From: a bacterium
GTDB lineage: Bacteria > Zhuqueibacterota > Zhuqueibacteria > Residuimicrobiales > Residuimicrobiaceae
NCBI GenBank assembly: GCA_029554865.1
Contig: JAKPUX010000233.1
Coordinates: 23,003-87,002 of the forward strand
Reading direction: 5' to 3'
DNA: 64,000 nt
The notes under the pieces were generated by a model. It searched no databases and had not been told where the DNA came from. It saw nothing but the letters and a program-made list of their open reading frames with translations. Within the stretch, counting starts at the first letter, position 1; every line of letters starts with the position of its first letter. Below are positions 37,352 to 47,476 of the stretch, piece by piece. The translations under genes and the position numbers were made by a program.

Positions 37352-38158
37352 TCACCATTTGATCCTGTGCGCACTGGCTGGAATTTTGGTCTTGATCTCC
37401 TGGGCGGAATATTTTTTATTGATGCTGATTTGATCATACTGCAGGATGAGGTGCTGTTTCTCGGCCGGGCGCTCGATTCGTATGGTATGCGGCACCTGAA
37501 CGCCCTTGATGCGGCTGAAACGCTCGAACCGCTGCCGCACAAGCAGTCGGCCGGTGGAATCGCAAAGCTCACTCCGGGTCACCACTCCACGGCCGGGATC
37601 AATCCAGAGGGTATGCAACCCCATGGAGGTTGTGCCCGTGAGCACCAGATGCTTCTCCTCCTGGCCAAGCACCGGCTCAGCCAGCGCCCCGCCCCTTTCT
37701 AGGCCGACCAGGGTGCCCAGCAGCAGGTCATACCCTGGCGCGATCCTGAAAAAGCGCTCCCAGCGCAGCGAATCCATCGCCCCCTGGCCGTAGAGATTTT
37801 CGGTCGGGAGATAAAAACGGTATTCATGACGGTCGGAGAAGAGCCAGCCGACATCAAGGCCCAAAAGGGCTTCGAGGCGGAGGAAGAGGGTGTCGGGTTG
37901 GTCGATAAGAACATCGATATCGAGCGAGAGGGAACGGCTCGGAGATGAAAGCTGAAGACGCCCCCGCCCGTTGAAATGATCGATTCGCGCATAATTGCTC
38001 TCGAGAGCGGTGAGTACCCGCTGCGGAGAAGCCGTATCGGCGGGGAGGAGGGCTGGCCGGCGGAAAGTCGCACACCCGCCCGAAGCCATGATGACCGCAA
38101 GAAGGAGCGCGCTGGCTCCCCGTGTAAGGATGGAATGGAACACCCGGTTGTGAACCAT
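37352..38158 (-). CDS. LolB-like / DUF4292-like outer-membrane lipoprotein
   Basis: Lipobox IMASGGC and a beta-rich body, immediately downstream of a TPR lipoprotein gene. ATG 38158; the ORF-track start is TTG 38167. Confidence 0.45.
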   Translation of the reverse strand: MVHNRVFHSILTRGASALLLAVIMASGGCATFRRPALLPADTASPQRVLTALESNYARIDHFNGRGRLQLSSPSRSLSLDIDVLIDQPDTLFLRLEALLGLDVGWLFSDRHEYRFYLPTENLYGQGAMDSLRWERFFRIAPGYDLLLGTLVGLERGGALAEPVLGQEEKHLVLTGTTSMGLHTLWIDPGRGVVTRSELCDSTGRLLVRQRFERFSRIKGVQVPHTIRIERPAEKQHLILQYDQISINKKYSAQEIKTKIPASAHRIKW

Positions 38159-38167
38159 GGCGATCAA

Positions 38168-40174
38168 TCAGTTTTTCTCTTCTTGCGGGATCAATTTCAG
38201 TAGTTTGGCCTTGACCTGCTGGCGCTCCGGCTCGAGCTCGAGGGCCCGTTCGTAGGCCCGCCGCGCCGGCTCTTTTTCGCCCATGGCGAGAAGAACGTCG
38301 CCATAATGCTCCCACACCTCGGCCGATTTCGGAGAGAGCGCGATCGATTTTTCGATCCTCGCGCGCGCGCCGCTCGCGTCCCCCTGGCGGAAGAGGATCC
38401 AGCCCAGGGTATCCCAGTAGGCGCCATTCTCCCCCTCGAGCACGAGAGCCCTCTCGACCAGGGCGCGCGCCTCGTCCAGACGCAGATTGCGTTCCGCCAG
38501 ATGGTAGGCGTAGTTGTTGAGCACGATGGCGCTTTCCGACTCGTTCTTCACCAGGGTGGCGTAGATCTTTTCCGCGCGCTCATGCTCCTTCTCTTCATCA
38601 TAAAGCGCCGCGAGGGCGAGCATGGTCTGCACATTATTGCCATCCACCTCGAGGGATCGCTCCAGATGATGCCGCGCGCAGGCCTTATTGCCCAGACGAT
38701 TGCAGACAAAACCCAGATAATAGTTGATCTCCGGATCATCGGGAAAGAGTTCGACCGCGGTTTTGAGCTGCTCCTCCGCGGCGGCCAGACTGTCCATCTG
38801 CGCCAGATTGACCCCCGAGAGGATCCAAAGCAGGGAGAGATCCTTGCGCAGGGAGAGGGCCTTGTCGAAGCGCAGCCGGGCCTTGATGTTTTCATCCCGG
38901 ACCATGAACAGGCGGCCGAGGGTGAGCGGCACGCGCCAATCCTCTCCGTGGGTCTTTTCGAGCTCCTCGCAGAGGGCGATAGCCTTCAGGGTATCCCCCT
39001 TTTGCGCCAGCAGATTGGCAATCTCGATGCGCGCCCCCACAAAAGTCGAGTCGTTGTTGGTCAGGGACTCATAAAGGGCGACCGCATCCTCCCAGCGGTT
39101 TTGGGCGGCATAGAGATCGCGAAGCCGCCGGCGGGAATCGAGAAAGAGGGGATTAATTTTAACCGCGGTCTCATATACTGCGACGGCGGAGAGGGTATCC
39201 CGCTGGGCCCGGCGCAGCGCGCCGAGCGCCAGATAGCCACGCTCGCTCTGTGGGTGGTCCCGGATGATCTTTTCGAACCACTGCGCCGCCGCCAGGGTGT
39301 CCCTTTTCTGAAAAAGATACTGCCCGAGCTGCACCTTGTCGCCGAGATGCGTTGAATCGCGGGCAACAAGTTCCCGGAAGAGTTCGACCGCCTCTTCGAA
39401 CCGGTTGCTGCGCTCGTAGAGCAGACGCAGCTCCGACTTGACCTCCTCGAAGCGGTTCTGTCTGGTCAGGGCCTCGCGATAGATCCGGATCGCCCCACTG
39501 GTATCCTTGGCAACCTTGCTCAGCGCTGCCATGGCGAGGTAGGAGGCCTCGAAATCCGGGTCACTCCTCTGCACGTCCTGATAGATCGCCCGGGCCTGAT
39601 CCAGGGCACGATGCTGAAAAAAAAGATGCCCGATACGAAGGCGATATTCGGGGTCCGCCAGTCCGGCCTCGACCAGACGGCGGTAGGAGAGCAGGGCTTT
39701 GTCGTAGGATTTGGAGATGATCTGCAGGGTGGTGAGGCTGTAAAGACTCTCCATATCATCGGGGGCCAGGGTGATGATCTGCTCGTAGACCTCGGCCGCG
39801 TCGCCGAATTCACGTTGCTTTTCCAGATTAGCGGCGAGGAGTTCCAGAGCGTCGATGCTTTTCGCATCCCGCTGCAACGCCTTTTTGGCCATGCGGATGC
39901 TGGAATTGTACTCTTCGAGAAGATAGTAATTCTCGGCGAGCGCCAGGTAGATCCCTGCTGAGGAGGAATCGATCTCGGCCGCCTGATGATACTCCACCAA
40001 AGCATTCTTGGGTTCGCCGAGGAGATCCTCGATCGTGCCGTTGATGATATGCCGCATGGCCTCGCGGTTATAGTGGCGCTGAACTGGAGGAGCGACCGCC
40101 GCTTTGCGGCTGCCTGCACAGCCGCCCATGCCGATCAGGGTGAGGCAAAGAAGGGTATGAAAAAGTGGTTTCAT
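38168..40174 (-). CDS. tetratricopeptide-repeat lipoprotein
   Basis: Lipobox LIGMGGC and more than 10 TPR-like 34-aa repeats (recurrent A..Y..AL...P pattern). Confidence 0.8.
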   Translation of the reverse strand: MKPLFHTLLCLTLIGMGGCAGSRKAAVAPPVQRHYNREAMRHIINGTIEDLLGEPKNALVEYHQAAEIDSSSAGIYLALAENYYLLEEYNSSIRMAKKALQRDAKSIDALELLAANLEKQREFGDAAEVYEQIITLAPDDMESLYSLTTLQIISKSYDKALLSYRRLVEAGLADPEYRLRIGHLFFQHRALDQARAIYQDVQRSDPDFEASYLAMAALSKVAKDTSGAIRIYREALTRQNRFEEVKSELRLLYERSNRFEEAVELFRELVARDSTHLGDKVQLGQYLFQKRDTLAAAQWFEKIIRDHPQSERGYLALGALRRAQRDTLSAVAVYETAVKINPLFLDSRRRLRDLYAAQNRWEDAVALYESLTNNDSTFVGARIEIANLLAQKGDTLKAIALCEELEKTHGEDWRVPLTLGRLFMVRDENIKARLRFDKALSLRKDLSLLWILSGVNLAQMDSLAAAEEQLKTAVELFPDDPEINYYLGFVCNRLGNKACARHHLERSLEVDGNNVQTMLALAALYDEEKEHERAEKIYATLVKNESESAIVLNNYAYHLAERNLRLDEARALVERALVLEGENGAYWDTLGWILFRQGDASGARARIEKSIALSPKSAEVWEHYGDVLLAMGEKEPARRAYERALELEPERQQVKAKLLKLIPQEEKN

Positions 40175-40253
40175 TTTGAGCCCAGCCTTAAATTAAGAAT
40201 AAAATTTAAAGCTATTTAGGCTCAATCACAAGAGAAAAATCGGCCGCTCCTCA

Positions 40254-41159
40254 CTACTCCGGCAGCTTGGCTCCGGAGGAGCTGCGGCGTTCGCCGGCCA
40301 GGGTAAGGGCGACCCCGGCCAGGATGACCAATCCGCCCCAAATTGTCGCCCTGCTGATGTTCTCACGGAGGATGATGAAGGCGAGCAGGGTGGCGCCGAT
40401 GGGCTCGGCGAGGGTGAATATCGAAACCGTGGTGGCTGAATAGTGCTTCAGGGCCCAGTTGAGACTGGTGTGGCCAATCACCTGGGGAAGCAGGGCGATG
40501 GCGAAAAGCAGAAGCCAGGTGCGCAGATCGAATCCGGTCATCGGCTGCCCGGAAGAGAGGGTGACGGTGAGAGCGACCGCCGCCGCGACACTGTAGACAA
40601 AACCGACATAGCGCACGGTATCGATATCCGTGCGCAGCTTGCGGCCGATCAGGTAATAGCCAGCCGCGCCCAGGGCGCCGATGAGGGCGAGCACATTGCC
40701 GGTCATCCCGCTCTCTCCCCCGCCGCCGGCGCCCAGGCTGATGGCCGCACTTCCGCCCAACGCCACCACCATGCCGGTCATGGCCAGTCGGGTCGGGCGC
40801 TCCCGCAGGAAAAGCCAGCTGCCGAGGACGACGAAAACAGGAAAGGTTTGGACCAGCACCACTGAAATGGCGACCGAAGTATAGCGCAAAGAGGAGATCC
40901 AGGCGAGAAAATGGATGCCGAGAAAAAGGCCGGAAAGGAGGGCCCAGCGGCGCGAGGTGGTCGTGAAGGCATGCCAAACCGGCTTGCGCCGGAGGCGAGC
41001 GATGGCCAGATAGACCAGTGCGGCGATGAGCAGGCGGTAGCTGCTGATCACAAAGGGCGGCGCCGGACAGAGCTTGATCAGCACCGAGGAAAGGGAGATG
41101 GAGATAAGGCCTGCACCAAGAATGACCGGCGCCTGCCATCGCACAGCCTGCCTGGCCAT
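40254..41159 (-). CDS. DMT superfamily (EamA-type) transporter
   Basis: About 300 aa with ten hydrophobic helices arranged as two EamA-like halves. Confidence 0.7.
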   Translation of the reverse strand: MARQAVRWQAPVILGAGLISISLSSVLIKLCPAPPFVISSYRLLIAALVYLAIARLRRKPVWHAFTTTSRRWALLSGLFLGIHFLAWISSLRYTSVAISVVLVQTFPVFVVLGSWLFLRERPTRLAMTGMVVALGGSAAISLGAGGGGESGMTGNVLALIGALGAAGYYLIGRKLRTDIDTVRYVGFVYSVAAAVALTVTLSSGQPMTGFDLRTWLLLFAIALLPQVIGHTSLNWALKHYSATTVSIFTLAEPIGATLLAFIILRENISRATIWGGLVILAGVALTLAGERRSSSGAKLPE

Positions 41160-41162
41160 CCC

Positions 41163-42119
41163 CTATTCCTCTCTCACCAGGGGCAGGGACCACGAGGTCA
41201 TATCCTCGGGGAGGTGGCTTTCGGGAAAGAGGGCGCGTGCCTGCTCGAGCAGAGCCTGGTCCTCCGCTTCCCCGATCCGTCCGCTGAGGTGCCACAGAAA
41301 AAGCCGCTTCACCCCGGCCGCGCGCGCCACCATGGCCGCCTCCGCAGCGGTGCTGTGGCCGGTCTCCTCAGCCAGGGATTGAAGCTCAGCGCCGAAGGTG
41401 CTGTCATGCAAGAGCACATCGGCCCCCCGGGCAAGCTCAACGCCGGAGGCGCAGGGCCGGGTATCGGTGCAGTAGGCGATGCAGGAACCCGCTCGTGACC
41501 GTCCCACCACCTGGTTGGGAGAGATGCGGCGTCCGTCGGCAAGTGCGATGCTCTCCCCATCCAGGAGACGGCGCCGCAGCGGCCCTTCGGGGATGTCAAG
41601 CCTTTCGGCCTCGCCGCTGTCGAAGCGGCCGGGGCGTGGATGGGCGCAGATGCGGAATCCGTAACAGGGCTTGCTGTGTTCCAGCCGCCGGGCTGAAAAG
41701 GAAAAACGCTCCAGCTGCACCTCGCCGGTCTCCTCCTCTTCCCATTCATGAATATGGACTTCAAAGCGGGTGCGATGGCCGGTAGCAGAGGCGATGCCCT
41801 CGAGATAGAGACGCAGGCCCACTGGTCCCCAGATGTGCATCGGCTCCCTGCGATCGAGGAGATGCTGGGTGGTCAGCAGGCCTGGCAGCCCAAAGATGTG
41901 GTCCCCGTGCAGATGGGAGATGAGGATGTGGCGAATGCGGGCAGCAGAGAGTCCGGCCGACATCAGCCGCTGCTGGGATCCCTCGCTGCAATCGCAGAGG
42001 ATAGTCTCGGCCGGAAAAGCGATGGCCAGGGTGGGCAGGGCCCGGCGCAGGGAGGGCACAGCAGCCCCGGTGCCCAAAAAGAAGAGCCGCAAGGCGTCCG
42101 CCATGGGAGTGCGCTCCAC
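41163..42119 (-). CDS. rnz: ribonuclease Z (MBL fold)
   Basis: LFFLGTGAAVPS N-terminus, the HLHGDH metal motif and about 318 aa. Confidence 0.8.
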   Translation of the reverse strand: MERTPMADALRLFFLGTGAAVPSLRRALPTLAIAFPAETILCDCSEGSQQRLMSAGLSAARIRHILISHLHGDHIFGLPGLLTTQHLLDRREPMHIWGPVGLRLYLEGIASATGHRTRFEVHIHEWEEEETGEVQLERFSFSARRLEHSKPCYGFRICAHPRPGRFDSGEAERLDIPEGPLRRRLLDGESIALADGRRISPNQVVGRSRAGSCIAYCTDTRPCASGVELARGADVLLHDSTFGAELQSLAEETGHSTAAEAAMVARAAGVKRLFLWHLSGRIGEAEDQALLEQARALFPESHLPEDMTSWSLPLVREE

Positions 42120-42752
42120 CTACTTCTTTTTCGGCTGTCCGAAGCGGTTCTCGGTGCCGTTGAGCAGTCGCCTGACGTTGGTGCGATGGGTATAGACGAT
42201 CAGCGCCGCTGCGAAAAAACTGAAGAGGTAAAAGGGCAGCGGCACTTCACGACCGAGTACGTACCGGAAAATGGTCAGAATGAGCGGAAAGGCGATTGCC
42301 GCGCTGATGGAGGAGAGGGAGACAATGCGGGTCGCCAGCAGGATGGCCCCGAAGATCAAAAGGCAGTAGAGCACAGCCTCGGGAAAGAGAGCCAGCATCA
42401 TCCCGGCAGCCGTCCCCACTCCCTTGCCGCCGCGAAAACCGGCAAAGACCGTCCAGATATGGCCGAAAACCGCGGCGATGCCGGCGCCGAGCTGCAGCAG
42501 GTGGGGATCGGCCAGCTGGGGCGCGATCCACTGCGGCAGCCAGTAGGCAGCGACAAAACCCTTGAAAACATCCACCAGGGTGACAAACAGCCCCGGTTTC
42601 CAGCCCAGCACCCGAAAGGTATTGGTGCCCCCGGCATTGCCTGAGCCATGCTCACGGATGTCGATGCCGCGCAGCACCTTGCCGACGATGATGCTGGTCG
42701 GGATGGAGCCGAGCAGATAGGCCAGAACCAGAACGATCAGGGCGGTGAACAT
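42120..42752 (-). CDS. plsY: acyl-phosphate:glycerol-3-phosphate acyltransferase
   Basis: GSGNAGGTNTFRVLG and FKGGKGVGTAAG motifs; about 210 aa polytopic. Confidence 0.92.
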   Translation of the reverse strand: MFTALIVLVLAYLLGSIPTSIIVGKVLRGIDIREHGSGNAGGTNTFRVLGWKPGLFVTLVDVFKGFVAAYWLPQWIAPQLADPHLLQLGAGIAAVFGHIWTVFAGFRGGKGVGTAAGMMLALFPEAVLYCLLIFGAILLATRIVSLSSISAAIAFPLILTIFRYVLGREVPLPFYLFSFFAAALIVYTHRTNVRRLLNGTENRFGQPKKK

Positions 42753-42779
42753 AGATGTGCACTCTCCAAATGATAACCA

Positions 42780-44609
42780 TTATTCGGGTAAAGGATCACC
42801 CATGATAGCGATGGCGATCGCCCCGACACCGACGTGCAAGCCCAGGGCGGGGGAGGCTTCCAGTATGGGAATATCGGCCTCCGCGAATTCCTGCTGCAGT
42901 ATCCGGCGCAGGCTCACCGCCAGTTCCGGCGCCAGCATATGGGCAACGATGAAACGGGGATTGATGAGCCGGCGCGCGTGCGCGAGGGCCAACTCCACCG
43001 ATCTTTCAGCCAGCCGCTTGCGGCCGATCACCTTGCCGGCCTCGACGATCCGCCCCTCGGCATCGATCGAGATCAGCGGCTTGATTTGCAGCATGGTGCC
43101 GAAAAAGCCCTGCGTCTTGCGCAAGCGTCCACTGCGGACGAGATACTTGAGGGTCGGAATCGCCACAAAGATGCGGCTTCTGCTGATCACCCCGGCGAGT
43201 TTTTCCTTGATCTCCGCCAGCGGCAGCCCCGCCTCGATCATCCTGGCCGCTTCGTGCACGATCAAGCCGAGCGCAGCCGAGGTGGTGCGGCTGTTGACCA
43301 CTTCAATCTTCAGTTTACCGGCCAGCTGCCGCGCGCCGTTATAGGCTCCCTGGATGGTGCCGCTCAGGGCCTCAGAGATGTGAATCGATAAAATGGACTC
43401 GTAGCCCTCGGCCAGCTTTTCATAAAGACTTGTATAAAAGCCGACCGGTGGCTGGGAGGTAGTCAAGCGCTCTCCGCCTCTTTCGAGGATCTTGTAAAAG
43501 TCGTGGGCGCTGATCTCCTCCCGATCGCGAAAGCTGCGCTCGCCGACATTGATCATGACCGGCACCACATGGATATCATACTTTTCAATCCACTCGGCAG
43601 GCATGTCGCAGGTGGAATCTGTGACCAGAGCGATAGGGCGTTTGGGGGCCAGTCTGGCCGCCTCATCATACTGCTTTTGCATGTCCTCGGCTTTGGTCTG
43701 CAGCAGGGTGCCATGTGAGGCGGCGAGTGTAAAGACGGCATCAGGCTCGTTGGTATGGATGTGGATGCGCACCTTGTGCCCGCCACCGACAACGATCAGG
43801 GAATCCCCGAGCGGCAGCAGCTCCGCCTGCAAGCGGTGGCGATCGAGTTTCTCCCCCTGAACAAGGCATTCTGTGCAATAGCGGAAGCGGATCTCGTCAT
43901 CCATCTTGTGAAAATGAAAATGGCGCAGCTTTTCGACCATGTGGCTGCCGGCTCGATAAGCAGCGATTTTGCCGGAATCAATGAAATCGGAAAGCCCTTC
44001 GAGCAGATGGACAAAACCCTGGGCCCCTGCATCGACTACCCCGGCCTTGCGCAGAGCCTGGAGCTTGTTCGGGGTGTCGGCGAGGGATTCATGCGCCCGC
44101 GCCAGCCCATCCCGAAAAAGGCGGACAAAATCCTCCTCGCCCAGGGCCTGCTCCTTGAGAAAAGCGGACCAATCCTGCATGACGGTGAGGATAGTCCCCT
44201 CGCGGGGATTGGAAAGAGCTTCGCGGGCTCGGGCTGCGGCCACGGCGACCGCCTGGGCAAATTCCTCCGGCGAGAGTCTGGCGCGTCCTCGTGCCCCCTC
44301 CGCAAGACCCTGGAAAAACTGGGCCAGGATGGCGCCGGAATTGCCGCGCGCCCCGGACAAGGCCCCCTCGGAAATGCAGTGGCACACCTCCGCCAGCGAG
44401 GTGAAGGGACATTCCCGGGCACTATCAACGATGCTCTGCATGGTGAGCGCCATGTTGGTGCCGGTGTCGGCGTCCGGTACAGGAAAGACGTTCATATTGT
44501 TGAGGGCGTCCTGCATCTCGCCGATGCGAGCCGAAGAGGCAATGATTGCCCGCTTCAGTCGCGCACCATCGATATATCTGATCTTGATTTTCATGACCCC
44601 GCTCGTCAA
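42780..44609 (-). CDS. fatty-acid-kinase-like fusion: Dak2/DhaL (FakA N-terminal + middle) domains fused to a DegV (FakB-type) fatty-acid-binding domain
   Basis: N-terminus: PDADTGTNMALT and GARGNSGAILAQFFQG (Dak2). Middle: RYCTECLV...GDSLIVVGGGHKVRIHIHTNEP (FakA-type). From about residue 330: IALVTDSTCDMP...TTSQPP...IHISEALSGTIQGA (DegV). Confidence 0.75.
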   Translation of the reverse strand: MTSGVMKIKIRYIDGARLKRAIIASSARIGEMQDALNNMNVFPVPDADTGTNMALTMQSIVDSARECPFTSLAEVCHCISEGALSGARGNSGAILAQFFQGLAEGARGRARLSPEEFAQAVAVAAARAREALSNPREGTILTVMQDWSAFLKEQALGEEDFVRLFRDGLARAHESLADTPNKLQALRKAGVVDAGAQGFVHLLEGLSDFIDSGKIAAYRAGSHMVEKLRHFHFHKMDDEIRFRYCTECLVQGEKLDRHRLQAELLPLGDSLIVVGGGHKVRIHIHTNEPDAVFTLAASHGTLLQTKAEDMQKQYDEAARLAPKRPIALVTDSTCDMPAEWIEKYDIHVVPVMINVGERSFRDREEISAHDFYKILERGGERLTTSQPPVGFYTSLYEKLAEGYESILSIHISEALSGTIQGAYNGARQLAGKLKIEVVNSRTTSAALGLIVHEAARMIEAGLPLAEIKEKLAGVISRSRIFVAIPTLKYLVRSGRLRKTQGFFGTMLQIKPLISIDAEGRIVEAGKVIGRKRLAERSVELALAHARRLINPRFIVAHMLAPELAVSLRRILQQEFAEADIPILEASPALGLHVGVGAIAIAIMGDPLPE

Positions 44610-44632
44610 ATAGGTGCCCGTTTTTCCGCACT

Positions 44633-46045
44633 TCAGCTGGTAAAATGAGTGGAGAGGACACCGGTCGTTATTGCACCGCTCGATGTGCCCGCCAGGAGCA
44701 GTGGTGATCGGCCGAATTGGCTCCTGAGCCGCGAAACCAGATTGTGCACATGGTCCGTAGAGCCCGCCTTGGCCAGTATCACCACTGAACCGGCTGCCCC
44801 CCAGGGCATAACCCTCGCCCCGTAGATGCCGGCGGGGGTGCCCATTCCCGCCGCAGCAGCCGCCAGCCAGCCGGCGTCGTCACTGACCATCCCGGAGATC
44901 CGGCTGAATTGCTCATGCGAGGCGGCGAGCAGGGCACCCGCCTCGCTGCAGCGCGCCTCATCCAGAACCGGACCGCCTTCCTGCAGCAGGCGCACGAAGG
45001 CTTGCACGCGTTCCGCCTCCTCGATGGCGAACTCGAGAAGCGTGCGGGGCATATAACGCTTCTCGGGATCGATCTCAGCCTCTCCCTCCCGGGCGCCGGG
45101 GTGGTTGAGGAGAAACTCCGCGCCTGAAAAGCGATAAGGTATGAGCTTTTTCAGCTCCCTCTGCCAGAGCTCCCGCGAAACCGGGGTGGAATCCCCCGCC
45201 TCTGGTCGCAGCGAATTCTTGCCCGACAGCGCCTCGCTTAAAAGGGTGCGCCCGATCAGCAGGCTTACGCACGTCTCGTTCAGTTTCAGCCACTCAGCGC
45301 TCTGGCGCACCCCGGTGTCGACGGCCAGGAGCTGCAGATTCTGTGGAAACGCAAGAAATGTGCTGATCTCCGGCGGCTCACCCTGCAGCAGGGCGAGCTG
45401 CCCCTCCCTGCCGAGCAGGTAGCTCTGAAAATCGGACGGGCCGCATTTCCGGCGCATGATCTCCTGCTCGATGCGGAAACCCCATCCCGCCAGGTCCACC
45501 CGCCCGGGCGGCAGGGCATAAGCCTCCTGCAGGGCCAGCAGCAGGGCGGTAAGCTGCGCCCCGGTATAGCCCAGCCCGGCGCCGGCCGGCAGAGCGCTCT
45601 CGATGGCGATATTCACGCCAAAGTCACGGCTCTTTCCCTCCAGGACGGGATAGAGCAGGGCCAGCGCCGCCAGCACGTTGCCGGTCCAGCTCTTCTCCTG
45701 GGCGGCCGAGAGGCTGCGGAGCATCCTCCAGTCCGGCTGTCCGGACGCTTCGAGCAGATCATCCAGACGGTATTCAACCGTCAGGACCCGTTCCCTGCTG
45801 AGATTGAGATTGCGGATGAGAATGCGGCGGTCCAGCCTGGGCTGGACCGCGACGATGACCGCCTGTGCGAGGGGATAATGCAAGACGGGCATGCCCGCCA
45901 GGGCGGTCGCACCCCCCAACAGATCAAGCCGTCCGGGCGCGCGCGCGATGAAAATGGGCCGCCCGGGGGCGAAGAGGCCCCCCAGATTTTTCTGCAGAAA
46001 CCGGCGAAAATTCAGCAGGTCCGCAGGCGGTTGAGCTTCAGCCAT
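44633..46045 (-). CDS. GHMP-kinase family protein (galactokinase/sugar-1-kinase-like)
   Basis: IARAPGRLDLLGG (motif I), LPAGAGLGYTGAQ (motif II, PxGxGLxSSAA-like) and PWGAAGSVVIL (motif III). Confidence 0.6.
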   Translation of the reverse strand: MAEAQPPADLLNFRRFLQKNLGGLFAPGRPIFIARAPGRLDLLGGATALAGMPVLHYPLAQAVIVAVQPRLDRRILIRNLNLSRERVLTVEYRLDDLLEASGQPDWRMLRSLSAAQEKSWTGNVLAALALLYPVLEGKSRDFGVNIAIESALPAGAGLGYTGAQLTALLLALQEAYALPPGRVDLAGWGFRIEQEIMRRKCGPSDFQSYLLGREGQLALLQGEPPEISTFLAFPQNLQLLAVDTGVRQSAEWLKLNETCVSLLIGRTLLSEALSGKNSLRPEAGDSTPVSRELWQRELKKLIPYRFSGAEFLLNHPGAREGEAEIDPEKRYMPRTLLEFAIEEAERVQAFVRLLQEGGPVLDEARCSEAGALLAASHEQFSRISGMVSDDAGWLAAAAAGMGTPAGIYGARVMPWGAAGSVVILAKAGSTDHVHNLVSRLRSQFGRSPLLLAGTSSGAITTGVLSTHFTS

Positions 46046-46155
46046 GGCAGGATGCGGCTCCTCTCGTTTAACCCCTGTTCGACGCTGACCAGAAGATGAG
46101 AAACCCCGTTGGCAAGAAAAATGGCTGTCAATGCCGCAAGCCGGCGATTTGAAAG

Positions 46156-47472
46156 CTATATCTCGGTCCCATCGTGAATTACAGCATTCTTCATCACAAT
46201 GGTGATGCCCTTGCTGATCCAGATGCCCTCGGCTTCCCGCTCTGCATCACTAACGCCGGCGCGATTGAGAATGCGCACGTTAGCGCCGATCCTGGCATTC
46301 TTGTCGATGATCGCGCGCCTGAGCTGGCAGTTGGCCCCGATGCCGATCGGCGGGATCCCGCGGGCGCTCTCCTCCCGGCGCTCCTCCTCCGTCTGGTAGA
46401 AATCCGCCCCCATGACCAGGCAATCCTCAATGCTGCAGCCGGAGGCGATCCGGCTGCGGATGCCGATGATGGAGTGGCGAATACTGGATTCCGCGATATG
46501 GCTGCCTTCGCAGATCAGCGACTGGACGATGGTGCTCTGCGCCACCGAGCTCGGCGGCAGAAAACGCGGCCTGGTATAGATCGGAAACTCGGCGTTGAAA
46601 AAATCAAAACTGGGGCGAGGCTGCGTCAGCAGCTGCATATTGGCCCGGTAAAATGATTCAATGGTGCCGATATCCTCCCAGTAACCGTTGAAGGGATAGG
46701 CACTGATCTTCAGTTCGTTGACCGACGAGGGGATGATCTCCTTGCTGAAATCGGCGAAATTGCTCTTGTCGCGCAGCAGGCTGATCAAGACCTCCTTGCG
46801 GAAAAGATAGACCCCCATCGAAGCCAGATAGGGCCTTTCCGCCGGGATCTCCCGCCAGGGGCCAGAGGCCCGGCCTGACATGGCCATGCCCTTCAATCCC
46901 TCCTCTCCCTTGGGCTTTTCACGGAATTCGACCACCTTGCCGTCGTCATCGACGCGCAGGATCCCAAAATCGCCGGCCTGCGCCATGGAGATTGGAACTA
47001 CCGAGATGGTGATGTCGGCGCCGCTCCGGTGATGCCATTCCAGAAACGGTCGGTAGTCCATGCTGTAAAGATGGTCGCCGGAGAGGATGAGGTATTCGTC
47101 GACCTTGTGTTCGCGGAAGGTGGAGACATACTGGCGCACCGCATCTGCGGTTCCCTGAAACCATAGAGAATGCTCGGGGGTCTGCTGGGCGGCGAGGATT
47201 TCGACAAAGCCCTCGCTCAACGGCGAAAAGTGGTAGGTCTGGGTGATATGACGGTTGAGCGAGGCGGAATTAAACTGTGTCAGCACAAAGATGCAACTGA
47301 TCCCGGAGTTGATGCAGTTGCTGACGGGGATGTCGATGAGGCGGTACTGGCCGGCGAGGGGCACGGCTGGCTTGGCGCGCATCTTGGTCAGAGGGTAGAG
47401 ACGGGTCCCTCGTCCACCGCCAAGGATGATGGCCAGGACTCTTTGCATGGGTGGCCCTCCGGCCGTTTTCAT
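46156..47472 (-). CDS. glgC: glucose-1-phosphate adenylyltransferase
   Basis: [28 protein letters not shown] and a C-terminal left-handed beta-helix region. The likely true start is ATG 47448, 7 nt after GGAGGG. Confidence 0.88.
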   Translation of the reverse strand: MKTAGGPPMQRVLAIILGGGRGTRLYPLTKMRAKPAVPLAGQYRLIDIPVSNCINSGISCIFVLTQFNSASLNRHITQTYHFSPLSEGFVEILAAQQTPEHSLWFQGTADAVRQYVSTFREHKVDEYLILSGDHLYSMDYRPFLEWHHRSGADITISVVPISMAQAGDFGILRVDDDGKVVEFREKPKGEEGLKGMAMSGRASGPWREIPAERPYLASMGVYLFRKEVLISLLRDKSNFADFSKEIIPSSVNELKISAYPFNGYWEDIGTIESFYRANMQLLTQPRPSFDFFNAEFPIYTRPRFLPPSSVAQSTIVQSLICEGSHIAESSIRHSIIGIRSRIASGCSIEDCLVMGADFYQTEEERREESARGIPPIGIGANCQLRRAIIDKNARIGANVRILNRAGVSDAEREAEGIWISKGITIVMKNAVIHDGTEI

Positions 47473-47476
47473 GGCG

